DNA from: Perna viridis
Taxonomy: Eukaryota
Length of the DNA stretch: 64,000 nucleotides
Direction of reading: 5' to 3'
NCBI GenBank assembly: GCA_037379345.1
Contig: CM074515.1
Span: 7,564,001-7,628,000 of the forward strand
In this document: positions 1-13,500 of the stretch, one piece after another
Numbering within the stretch: the stretch's first letter is position 1
Layout: each line of letters begins with the position of its first letter
Notes under the pieces: model-generated
What the model was told of the DNA's origin: nothing
What the model saw: only the letters and a program-made list of their open reading frames with translations
The model's database searches: none
Program-made: the position numbers and the translations under genes

Positions 1-258
1 AGAAGATACTTTATCATGTTTATGTCTGGACAATAATTTGAGAATAAGTACATGTATATAGATCTTTATGAAGTTATACCACAAGGTGCCATACCACCAA
101 TGGAAGCCTGAGATTGATTTTGGGGGTTGTCCTTAATGAATAATAAGGGACCAAATCAAGCTTGAATTTTGTGCTCAGATTTGCCCCATCTGCGTGGGGT
201 TCAACCTCTTTTGAGTCTATCTAACTGCACTCTGCTCAGTGAAACATTTTATTATTCA

Positions 259-726
259 GGCTACAAACCACTAATGTCAGTTTCCGTAGGCTTCAATGCT
301 AATTTCTTTAAGTTCAATGAGTTATGGAGCTTCTACCTTAAGTTTAACCTGAAGAAGACCATACATCACCTAAAAGCTGCATATGTATACTAATAGCCCT
401 GAAAATATTATGTGGGGTTTGCTACCTTGCAATGAGACACCAGCTCCTAGAAGACAATGGGCTAAAAATAGAATGGGAATTCCCCTACATTTCACAAAAA
501 GGGGTCATCATGCAGAACGCTTAAAAACTATTTAATTCAATAAGTTACAGTGACCATTTTATATAGAAATCAAGGGAATATAATTCCCCGCCAAACACAA
601 GCTCACTTGTGCTGATTTGATGTGCACTTTTTCCACAACAGCATAACACAAGTGCACTAAAACTTGTGTAGGACTATTTTTGTTTACGTTCTAAAAGCTC
701 ATTGGTTGAATTAGTAGTATGTAATC
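259..726. mobile_element. Non-autonomous TIR element (MITE), degenerate copy of the family at 24199-24664
   Basis: Starts GGCTACAAACCACTAAT and is colinear with the 24199 copy at similar length; right TIR is degenerate. Confidence 0.6.
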
Positions 727-1332
727 TAAATTCAGTTTTCATTTATTTACATGTATTGTATGTATAAGTGTTAACTATACTCCCACTCCATAGGAAAGGC
801 GGTGTACTGTTCTACCTGATATAATTCTGTCATTCTGTAATACATTTTTTTTTCATAACAAAACTCTCTGCTTCTGATAATTACATATAGTTGAAATTAT
901 ACATATAGCTTTATATTGGTATACTGTATCATGGGATGTTTTCTCCTACTCCTATGATATATAATTCCTGTATGTGGAAATAACTTGAATTTTCCTTATA
1001 CATTGGTGATATACAAAATTTTCATCTCATTTTTCTTGGCTACTATTAAACACAAGTTGCTGATATATTATACTAAGTTTCCTATAGGAATTTTGTTTTG
1101 TGGGATATGTTTTCATTTCTGTATGACATCTACTTCCTGTATGCTGAAAAATTTTCCTTATATGGTGATGGAAAGCAGCGGTATGACTAGTGAGCTGCTT
1201 CTTTCAGATTTCTTGTTTTGTCTTTAGTAAAAGTTGCACCTATCTTGAGTTCAGGAATTTACAAATTGATGAAAAAAATCATAGCTTTCAGGTTTTGTTA
1301 ATACTATTGAATTAATGTTTAATATATTACAG

Positions 1333-1505
1333 CTGTCCAGCATAAATGAGGAGACTCGAGAGTGTGGCTGTGCTTCATTAGCTAACATTGTTGCTAGTAC
1401 TGAAAATATCAAGACATTGCTTCAAAAGGACTGTATAAAGATTCTAGCCCCGCTGTTTGTTGATCCTAGCCCTCAAGTCAGTGTAAAGGCCCTTGGGGCT
1501 GTCAG
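1333..1505 (+). CDS. HEATR3: HEATR3 exon (LSSINEETRECGC...GAVR)
   Basis: tacag acceptor and AG|gtctg donor, within ORF 1315..1617. Confidence 0.85.
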
Positions 1506-4500
1506 GTCTGTTGTTAAAATCAAGCAAATTTTCATGAATTTTTGCCTTGAATTTGGGCATATACATGTAATTGTATGTGAAAAGAGAAAGATCCATAAGC
1601 ATCTGGTACATATTTGAGACCAGACTTGATTTTCTTCCACTTTAAAGCGGAATTCTAGTATTTCAAATCCATAATTTAGCCTTCACTTTTTACCATATGT
1701 TTCTATTTGATTTTGCCAATTTTCTCTTTTTTGTTCAAAATGAAGGCATCAACCACATACACATATGTTTATGTATCAACTGATTGAACATTTGCTTCTT
1801 CATTTAGTTTTTGCAATGTACTATAAATTAATCCAGAACCATTCATAAAAAAAGAACATTTAAAGCTTACACAGGATGAAAAAAAACATTAATTAAGAAA
1901 TACAGTGACTGAATCAGAGTTTTAGGATTCCAATTTCCCATTAACCAGGGCTAGTGCTATTTTGGTGTGGGAAAGTTGTTTATAATGTTTCACTTTCCCT
2001 TTAGCTAGTAGAAAGCTGAAATTTTTTTAAAGCATTTGTTTAATTCATAAAGCTAACTTTGATTGTGGAAAGTAAATGTTCATGTAGATGTTCCCTGTTG
2101 AAACTAATTTTCCTAGAACAATGCTTAATATAATTTTTTTTAAATCATTATAAAAAAATGGTTTTATAGTGATGTTAATGTGTTGGTTTTGAGATAATAA
2201 TATAATATGTGCTCAATACTATTTGTCTATAAAAGCCAAAGATCTCTGAATTTACTTGTGCTACATAAGTATATAAAAAACATTTTCATTTATAAAATAA
2301 TTTGCCTATAATATGTCAGTATTTTGTGTAAATTTACTTTGTAATGTTTTAATTTTGCAGAAACATTACAGTTGATGGGGGATTAAATGCATGTGAAGTA
2401 TTAATAAAAAAAGATGTGCTGACTCCATTAGTGGCTTTGTTTAAAAAGGTTTGTATTACATAAACCATCTTGTCATTTGTGACCTTGTCAGCAACCTTTA
2501 TATGTATACATTTTACCCCATGGAGAGTACATATGATTCACATTGTCTGTCAGTCTGTAAAACCATTCAATCAATGGATGATTATTTTTCAAATTTTAAG
2601 AGGAGAAAAGAAAATCACATTCTGATGCTCGCAAGGGGAGATAATCCAACTGAATGGTTGCAAGTCAATCCTTTTACTGTTACATGTACACTATTGTATT
2701 TACATGTAGCATGAAAATCTGATTTTGAAACTCCTTCAATAAGGTATTTATTCTTTTGTTTTGAAAACTTGCAAATATGTATTTATTTATTCACAGTTTG
2801 ATATTGGGTGGAAACCAGAAGATGTACCAACAAAAAAGTTGGGGGAACTGAAATTGGAAATTTTTATAGAGGCTACTCACATACTGTGGAATTTATGGTA
2901 ATCTTTACAAATATAACAATTATTATAAAAAAAAACCCACAAAAACACAACTTTTTTTTGCTCCATTTTACATGTCAGACATTTAATTTTTTTTTTGCTG
3001 TTCATACATGTACAGGTGTAAAACATCTTTATTTTCCAAAATTATTGTCAGCTACATATGTATTGTACTTCGTGTGTTGCAGTGCTATTCATGAATTCAC
3101 GCTTGTCATTTTGCTCTGAATAACCCCAGATTTGTCTCCAAATAATCTTTTGACGTCAATGAATCAATGTGATTTTAAATTGTGACGTCATTTAATCTTT
3201 GAGTTGAAGGAGAATTTAGTACAAAAACAACGGAAAAATATATTATTTTCATCAATGCCATCCACTAGTGTAAATGTGTCTATTGTTTCAGTCTCACATA
3301 GACTTGGTCTCTTGGCGTATCAATACATTAATTTATTTATCTTATACATGTATGAAAATTGCATTGTAATTTTATCAATAATTTTGCTTTTGTCTGAACA
3401 TTTTTGTATGTGTTATTTCATTTTTTATAAGACTGCAAAAAGTTTGCACACATATAATGTTACAGTGCAGTCGTCATTGTATGGGGAAACTTTGTTTTCA
3501 TGTGATAACTCAAGTTGTGATTGACCTATTGTTCTGAAATTTCATATGATTTTACTTACAATTGAAGGAGGGTTTCTATTTAATTTGAACCTTGTGGCCC
3601 TTACTGTTATGAAAAAAGGGGTCAAAAAGGGTAAAAATAGGTGTTTTATTAAAACCCTATTACAATGTTTGATTTTTCAAAGTTATAGGGAGTCAAAGTG
3701 TGGCAATACCCAAAAAATTCAGCTTGGTCAGGTTCCGAAAATTATTTTTTTATTGGATTCCTCATAAAAATGCCTTCCTGTAAATTTCAATCTGATTTCA
3801 GTTATCTCTTAAGGTTTTTTTGAATTATAAGGGGTCAAAGGGGCCAAACTCGAAAAAATATACTATTTTATTTTTGGTGATTTTTACATTTTTGATTTAA
3901 AGGAGAAGACCATGTGCAAGTCATAAATATCGAAACTAATCTTTAATGTTAATGAAAATTAAATTGAAACAAAAATGATGTCTTTTTCTTAACTAATTAA
4001 TCATGATTTATAATTAGCAAATTTGAATTTCCCGCGCATATGGGCGCCACCTGATCGGTTTAGCTGTGACATCATGAAGTCAGTTTATAAAGTGAAAAGT
4101 AAATAGTTAATTGATTATGAAGTCCGAAGAAAGCACAAATTTGGCATTTTTCCTCTATAATTTCAACCCAATATATACAGAAGAAGAAATTGAGGTACAA
4201 TGTGTAAGAAATTTTCTGATAATGTTGATGAACAACGGGATTTGCAGCCAGAAAGACTAGTATATCTGAGGAAAATCTAATGGCTAGTTCCAAAGAAAGT
4301 GTGTATTTCCAGTAAAAATACTTTTTTGAATATTTCTTTTTTATCATTTGTGTAATCGTAAGCTTGACAAGACATAATGTTTTGGTGATTAGATAAACAG
4401 GGTCATTGAAATATTTACGGAATATTCTTTGTTTACATATTATATGCAGTACTTGTATCAATACCAAACCGACTTAGTGATGTCACGAGCTAATTGGAAG

Positions 4501-7500
4501 CTTTCGGATAAAACAAAAAAAGTCTGCAAATGATATTCCTTCACATAGGAGAGCTCTGCAAGATGGCCATCCGCATATATTTCAAAGATTAAGAATTTTG
4601 CATAGTCTAAAGCATTTTACAAAAGCGCATTTTAAATTAAAGGTTACTTACTTTTGTTTACATGGGTGTGATATTTCAAAAGAACCTAACTTAATGCAAA
4701 GGTGGTCTTCCCCTTTAATATAGAACTTTGTGTAATATAGTGTCCAAATTATTTGATGTGTCCTTGAGAACTGTTCAGGGTTCTACCACTGTGGTCGTAT
4801 CTTGCTGTACTTGGCGTAGCTTTTTATTTTTGTTATATGTTATTTCTTGATTAACAGAAGGTTATTTATTATTTCTCATTACTTAGATTTATTTTACAGT
4901 GAAGCTTCAGAGGAGGCAGTAAAAGTCTTCAATAAAGAGAATTTAGTAGAAATTCTGTGGCCATGTTTACAGTATAATGTGTATGGCTACAGTGTTGCAA
5001 TTACTGTAGGTAAGTTATGAAACTAGATGTGGTTATATTTTAGTCATTCAGTAGCTTTCTTTCTGTACTTCATGTACCTAAAAAATGGATTTATATGTGA
5101 TGATGATATACTAGCTTTGTGTTTTATTATACCCCCGAATGAAGGGTTTAGGTACATAGAAATCACCCTTTCTGTCCAACCATATATCTTGTATCTGTAA
5201 CTCCTGCTAAACTGCTCAGTGCATTTAATCAAACTTTTAGTATATGGATAAACTGGAAATACTAGTAGTTTGGTCAATGATTGATTTAAATCATTTGTTG
5301 TGCTTGTACATGTACATGTACTTCACTTTTCACAGTACTTCGTAATGTCTTGCATTTCATATCTGAAGATATTTTTTTTTTGTATGTTGTATATCATTTT
5401 TGAAATACTGAATGGCACCGAGTGTTTTAGTGAAATTTCCTTTTTATTTTTTCTATATCAAAAACATCATAGTTCATAACATGCTGCTTTGTTTGATTCA
5501 CAATCAAGAGTATTGTCAAACCATGTGCTCTACAATATTGCAATAAAATTTCAAATTCACTAGCGAAATGAATGTTTCGTTGAAAGACCCTTACTATCGT
5601 CTGTTTGATGTTTCATTTAATAGTCAGATACAATTCAATTCATCTGTATTTTTTTTTTTTAAATTTTCAAAATTTCAAAAATATCCGATATCACTGTTAG
5701 TGTTAATTCCAACGAGTAATTAATAAAATTCGTTTCTTTTAACAACACGCAATTTTAAATTAATTGAATAAACAAATCAAACCATAAAGAGTGTCATCAA
5801 ATTAATTTGAAAACCCACGCTAATCGTTGTTAAAACACACTTCGGTCATGGTTTGTAATAAAGCAATCAGTTTTATGACGAATTAGTTGACTTTGAGACA
5901 TCAGGGTTAATTAAACTTAAAGTCCTATCGAGGGGACTGATTGATTACCTCGAGTTATCCGAGGTTTCGATACATCCAAGTTTGAGTAATCCGAGGTAAA
6001 ATTGTATTGGAGTAAAGGGAGTTTTGCTGGGACTTTGTAATTAGTTTGAGTTATTCAAGATTTTGACTAATTCGAGTTGACACATCGAGGTTCGACTGTA
6101 CTTCAGATATCACATTTGATTTTTTTCATGGTCATAAAAACAAATTAGATGTATCATTTTCGAATTGTTCCAAAAATATCTTAGTACTATGTCCAGTTGA
6201 TTTTACTCATTGTTTTATGTTATTCATTTTCAAATTTTTGTTTGATTCCAGCTCAGTGTCTTCAAACAGTAACTGAGGACAATGCAGATATAAATGCCAT
6301 ATGTAAACAGCAAGATAAATGTCAGTTATTGGAATTTATCATAGCAGACAACACCTTGTCTTCCCACCATGCACTTCTGAAAACTTTGGCTGTGGGTAAG
6401 AAAGTGTCTTGAGATAAACCTGAACTTCATCCTTTTAACCTTATGTAGACCATGTGGTTATGTTTTCTTTTTTGGACCCTCTTTATAATTGTTCTATTTA
6501 TTTTTATATTGATTTTAAGAAAATTTAAACCTGTATGAACAGAACTACTACCATATGAAAAATTTTGGTGAGTCAGAAAGGGGCTCGGCTTAGATAGGGT
6601 TCACTGTATTTGCTTTTTTTTTTAGGTATTTTAACTAATATCACTGATGACTTAGTCTCAGCCAATATCCTGGAGGTAGTTGTGCAGACTTTATCCCAAG
6701 TTCTGGTAATTGATGCTGTTGAGGTCCTGAAAGCTGAGGTACAAGGGAAAGAGGCATCTACTAATGGTGATGTGAATTCTGACCAGGTTAAAATTTTACT
6801 CATGGAATTTATTATACAAGTTGTTTTATTGGTTTCTAGTAGCCTATTGATTTACTCATTGTGCCAAAACTGGGGAGATTTTTCAGAAATAATTTTTTAG
6901 AAAGTTTTGTCTTAAACTTTTTATTTTTAATGCTTTCATTTTTTTATGCGACTGCAAAAATTGCAAAAAATTATTATGTTATGATGCTCATCATTGTTAA
7001 CTTTTTCGTTTCAGTGCAGTAACTTTTGTTGTAGTGAACCAAATGTCATGAAATTTTAACATATTGATACATGTTACTACTGAAAGCTTACTTATGAAAA
7101 TGGGGTCATTGGCCCCTACCTTTCTGCAAAAAGGGGGCCAAAAGGGGGTAAAATAGGTGTTTATTTAAAATTGATGTAGAAGGTTTATTTCTTATTTAAT
7201 TTCAAAAGGAGGCTTGACACAAAAAATATCATTTTTTAAACGTTTATGTTTATAAAAACTATAGTATGTATAGGTAGGAGTGTAACAAACGCTTTCTCAT
7301 CAGGTTAGTGCTAAGTAAAGTTAGAATGATTTATTGGTGTTTTCACAATGACCTTATTAATATGCATAAATGAAAGTGGAAGTAATGCTCAATTACCATA
7401 TATGGAAGTGCTACGTCATTGGTTCTCAATCTCCATTTGGGTGCATTGAAAATGTGTACACATGTCCAAAAAAATTAATAAATCTTCAAAAATAGCTTGT

Positions 7501-10500
7501 ATATATGATGCAGAGTGGTCCACTGATTTGTGTATGGGTGCAAAAGTTCATCTCATTTCTGTCAGCTTTTCATGTTAGTTAGGCATACATCCCTGCATGG
7601 TGAATACACAACTACTTTGCACACTATTTTTAGGACTTGAACTGGAGGGTACAACTAAAATAGTGACACTCTGTGTATTACTCTTTTTTTGCCACTGGGT
7701 TATATTAATAAACAAGCCCAGTAGACTTAATTATGACGGTTCATTCCACCTATTCCCACTTTTTATAAAATAGGTAATAATAAGGTAAATTTTCATGTGG
7801 GAATAGGTGGAAAATAGTGTAGATAAAGGATTATACTGTATAAACAATGTTTGATTAGGTGTTACTTGATTTTGTAATTAATGACAGGTAAATGATATAT
7901 TTTGTCAGTGAATTTCCATTTTGTTGCATAAATATAATAAAAAAGAAACAAGTAAATTTTGAATATTATACTTTTTAATTTAAGGAAATATAAATAAACA
8001 GTTATATATATGAATACATAATGTATATTAATGAATCAGTAGTTTTTGATATACATAAGTCATAAGACATAAGAAAGTAACAATATCAGTTTAAACACAT
8101 TCATTCAACCAGTCTCTACGATATTAAGCACTAGATCATATATATTAAACATACACAATAATTTTGTTTTCACATAACAATTTAACAGTTCATCAATTTA
8201 GTCAAGATGCAGAAGGTATGAAGCTGCATCACCAAACTGGACAGTTGTGACTTCCTGGTTACGATGTCTGGTTTTGAGTGCTGCTAACCTGTTGTTGATG
8301 TCTACATACTTTCTCTTTTGTACTGCTTTTTTACCACCAGCTGTGTATTGAATCATAGTCAAGTCATGGATGGCTTCCTCATGTTTCAGTTGTTTTATGA
8401 GTCTGAATATGTTTGGGTTTGGATGTTGAACATGTTTCTTAAGTTTACTATGTCATCCTTCTAAGTGATTGGTTGTCCTTGGACCTTCTGTTGTGTAGTG
8501 GTTCCATAAGTGTCTGTTCTGCTCTACCCAGTAAGTTGTTACATAGTCAGTGAAGGGAACGTAGTTGGCGTTTGTTTCAACATCATCTATATCAGTAAGG
8601 GCATTAAACCATACGTCTTCGACCTCAGCAGTGGGTATGAGTGGTAACACAGCTGCACGACGTACTAATTGGTGGATGTTGTTGTCTTCTTTGTAAGGCA
8701 CTTGTAGACCTGTTTCCTGAGCTTTTCGCCATATGCTCTGAGTATAGTGAAAAAAAACAGCCCTTTGCGTTGATGCCAGGAAAGATGGAGTATGCTGCGT
8801 TGCGTATGGCGACCTCATAGTCCAGAAAGATAGTAGTAGGTTGAAGTTGCAGTTGATGTTGTTGACATAAATCTTTGAGTAGAGTAAGAAATCTGGTATA
8901 TACAATTTCGCTCTTGGCTGGTAGTAAGCTGTACACTAGCGGATACATTGCGTTGTCAACCATTGCATGGAATGTGTACAGTTGGTAGAATTGAGTAGGG
9001 CATGTATAAAATGTGCCTTCACCATATATAGTTTCTGCAGCTGCTAAGTGTGTTAGATTCTTGTGTGTACTGAATATCAACATGCGTCCAACTGTGTTGT
9101 CATCTACTAAAAGGAAAGGGTCTCCTTTTGTGGTCTGTGTCCAAATACCATCTATGTTGATGTCATCAGCGGTCTTTGGTAAAACTGGTAAAGTTTTCTT
9201 GCGTTTGTTGTACATGGCTGATTTACAAGATGGGAAAGTAGGAATATTTTCCACTAGTTCTTGTGTGTCGTCATTCCAGTCATTAGTTCTGAGTTTTACT
9301 AATTCTTCTTCATAGATAGTGGGAACTGGAGTGAGCTCATCTATGCAACGTTTTTTCATGCTCTGCAGGACTACATCTACCGTCAACTGCACGTTATCAG
9401 ACTCGTGGTTGTGATTTGCTGATACTTTGGTTGGTATATTGTTTAATGTATTAATTGTAGCAGGACAATTTGCAGTAGAACATTTCCAGTAAGTCCTTTC
9501 ACCCCTTCTGTTTTTTGCTTGAAACTTAAAGCCATTGTGTACTAGGTTTTGGTTGCCAAGTCTGTTTGTAACGAACTTCACGTGTAGTATTGCATTAGCC
9601 ATTGTAACTATTTAATGACAAAAACTGGGAATGGACAACAATATATAGCCAAACATTGGCTTGGAGTTCATGAAGCTTGGGGTTCTCAGCTGAGTACATA
9701 TCTGTCAAATCAGTACATCAGCTTGCAATGAAACATTTAATATTTCTCAGCTTTGCCAGTTCATAATTATTTAATCAATTAGAAAGCTGTAATTTAATTA
9801 CATCAAAATGTCTCGATTCTGGTCTAGTTTTTTTTTCAGTTTCTGATAATATTTATATTTTGTTAAATATCATATCACATATTATAATAAAATCTTAAAT
9901 TTATGTTCCATTTGTTTAAATCTCATTCTCTTTCATACTTATGTAAAAATATAAAATATGCACAAAAATTGCAAAATAAAGGTAAACACAGGTAAACAGA
10001 AGGTATCATTTATGTAGGGCTTAATTACTATAAAAACAAATCAAAACATCAAAGAAACTTGTATGTGGGAATAGGAGGAATAATGTTTTTTAAAAAGTGG
10101 GAATAGGTGGAAGACACCATTATGACCAAGAGATAGTGTGGGCCGCTTCTCTTATCTTTACATGGTTCAGCGACCCATGACAGTTGTTGACACAGGTGTA
10201 TGACTTCAATAATAATTGAAAAAGTCATCGAATTTTTTTGTCTTACGGATTTTTAAATAAAACAATTTACATGGAGACTTTGACACAATACACAGTATAT
10301 AATAGATGACCCTAGGTGAGTTGAAGGGAGTTTTTCTAGTACAGACAATATTTGTTTGTAGGTCAGTTAAAATATTTAATTTTAGCAAAAATGATTTAGA
10401 ACGTGAGGAAGCTTCAGCATGAAATCCTTATGGATTATCAAATAGAATTATCAAAAACCAATAAAAAATATCTTCTGTACTTGCAGGGACTTTATATTAC

Positions 10501-13500
10501 TCTCCCTGTTACTGGTACACTTGTCAGGAGTAACATTCCGTAAAAAAAAGGGGTGAAATCAATATTTTCATTGAAGATCGAGATCAAAACAGTTTGAATC
10601 TTAGAATATGAATTTAATTTACTTTATGTAAAAAGATCAATATTACATGACAGAACATAATGAAGTAGTTCTATGTAATCTTCAAACAGCTTGGGTCATC
10701 GTTGATTTTTAAGCTATTTAAAACGCTGTAAGTGACTACAAGGGGCGTGTTTATTATATATTTTACGTGTAATAAATCAAATAAACTAATAATTGATGAA
10801 ATTGATTTTTGTGTCATGCCTCCTTTAACAATTTTTTTTTAATTTGTTTCATTTAAAATTCTGTGTTAGGAATATTTATCAGATTTAAAAGAGCTTTTAT
10901 TATCTTCAGTTTAAAGGAGGGCCTAGTGCACCACACCCTGAAAATCAACTTTTTATTATGCCCTCAGATATTTATCGATAGGGGTGTCTGTCCGTTCTTC
11001 CTTCCATCCTTCCTTCTAGAAACTGATATTGTGTCCACACTTGTCCCAAGTGAAGAGAGTTCAACTTGTTGTGGTTTTATCATGCTGTGCTTAGCAAAGC
11101 TTTTTATATTCAATGAGTTGTGGAACTTTAAGCAACATCAATAATGGAAAAACTGGTACATCATGTGCCTGAGTGCAAATATTAATTGCATTTATTACAC
11201 TGCCATATCGTGAATATTAATCATGAATTAAAATGAATCTATAGACATATTGCTGGTCAGATAGGAACAGCTTACTCCACAAACCAGTAAGAAAATAAAT
11301 GTTATATAATGTGATTGTACTTAAATTTACAGACCCAACCAAAACAACATTCTACAGACAATGTTGTGAATATACTGAAGGCACAACAGACTGCATTGGA
11401 GATTGTCACTAATATTTGCTGTGTAGATGGTATGTATTGCAATTTTTTTTTCTTCTTTAAACTTAAAACTGTTCCATTTAAACATCATCTAATTATTATT
11501 AATTTTATTTCGGTTTTACTGAAACAATCAATGTTATTATATACTTTATAATAGATCCTGCATCAATTTTTTTGTTAGAACAGTAACTCCATATCTAAAA
11601 TATGCATGATTCTGATTCTGTAATTATCATGATTGTGAATGATATGGATCTTTTAGTGACTTATTTAAATTGCTTCCTGATTGTTTGGATCCATAGAATA
11701 AACTAAGAATAAATGCTGAAAGAAACAATCCAATGAGTGTTGAATATATACTAGTAACATATTCCTGCAATAAAAGTGTTTTAATATCACAAGTAAATCA
11801 AAATATTAGGATGCTTTTCCCTTTATTTGTACATTTGGTTCAGTTTTGAAATGGTTAACTTCTTAAATTGTTAAGGTACTTCCTTTCTTGTTTATCAGTT
11901 TATTCTTGAGGTCATTGTTGTTTTTCATAGAGAATATACATATATTGTCAATTATAAAGTCATGGTGTGATCTCTGCTGTTTAACTATACCATGACAACA
12001 ACAAGAATTAGTACCTCAGAAACAATACCTACAACAACAAGAATTAGTAACTCAGAAACAATACCGTGACAACAACAAGAATTAGTAGCTCAGAAACAAT
12101 ACCTTGACAATAACAAGAATTAGTAACTCAGAAACAATACCTACAACAACAAGAATTAGTAGCTCAGAAACAATACCTACAACAACAAGAATTAGTAACT
12201 CGGAAACAATACCTACAACAACAAGAATTAGTAACTCAAAAACAATACCTACAACAACAAGAATTAGTAACTCAGAAACAATACCATGACAATAACAAGA
12301 ATTAGTAGCTCAGAAACAATACCATGACAACAACAAGAATTAGTAGCTCAGAAACAATACCATGACAACAACAAGAATAAGAAGCTCAGAAACAATACCT
12401 ACAACAACAAGAATTAGTAACTCAGAAACAATACCATGACAATAACAAGAATTAGTAGCTCAGAAACAATACCGTGACAACAACAAGAATTAGTAGCTCA
12501 GAAACAATACCATGACAACAACAAGAATTAGTAGCTCAGAAACAATACCATGACAACAACAAGAATTAGTAGCTCAGAAACAATACCTACAACAACAAGA
12601 ATTAGTAACTCGGAAACAATACCGTGACAACAACAAGAATTAGTAACTCAGAAACAATACCGTGACAACAACAAGAATTAGTAGCTCAGAAACAATACCG
12701 TGACAACAACAAGAATTAGTAGCTCAGAAACAATAACATGACAACAACAAGAATTAGTAACTCAGAAACAATACCTACAACAACAAGAATTAGTAACTCA
12801 GAAACAATACCTTGACATCAACAAGAATTAGTAACTCAGAAACAATACCATGACGATAATAAGAATTAGTAACTCAGAAACAATACCATGACAACAAGAA
12901 TTAGTACCTCAGAAACAATACCTACAACAACAAGAATTAGTAGCTCAGAAACAATACCATGACAACAACAAGAATTAGTAGCTCAGAAACAATACCGTGA
13001 CAACAACAAGAATTAGTAGCTCAGAAACAATACCTACAACAACAAGAATTAGTAACTCGGAAACAATACCGTGACAACAACAAGAATTAGTAACTCAGAA
13101 ACAATACCGTGACAACAACAAGAATTAGTAGCTCAGAAACAATACCGTGACAACAACAAGAATTAGTAGCTCAGAAACAATAACATGACAACAACAAGAA
13201 TTAGTAACTCAGAAACAATACCTACAACAACAAGAATTAGTAACTCAGAAACAATACCTTGACATCAACAAGAATTAGTAACTCAGAAACAATACCATGA
13301 CGATAATAAGAATTAGTAACTCAGAAACAATACCATGACAACAAGAATTAGTACCTCAGAAACAATACCTACAACAACAAGAATTAGTACCTCAGAAACA
13401 ATACCTACAACAACAAGAATTAGTAACTCAGAACAATACCATGACAACAACAAGAATTAGTAACTCAGAAACAATACCATGACAATAATAAGAATTAGTA

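Larger units (their letters stand above)
7207..10824. mobile_element. Kolobok-like non-autonomous element hosting the MULE insertion
   Basis: AGGAGGCTTGACACAAAAA at 7207 is inverted to TTTTTGTGTCATGCCTCCT|TTAA at 10806-10828; left TSD is degenerate. Confidence 0.65.

Noticed and set aside
9013-9315. Plus-strand 100-aa ORF inside the MULE
   Set aside because: Antisense shadow of the transposase.
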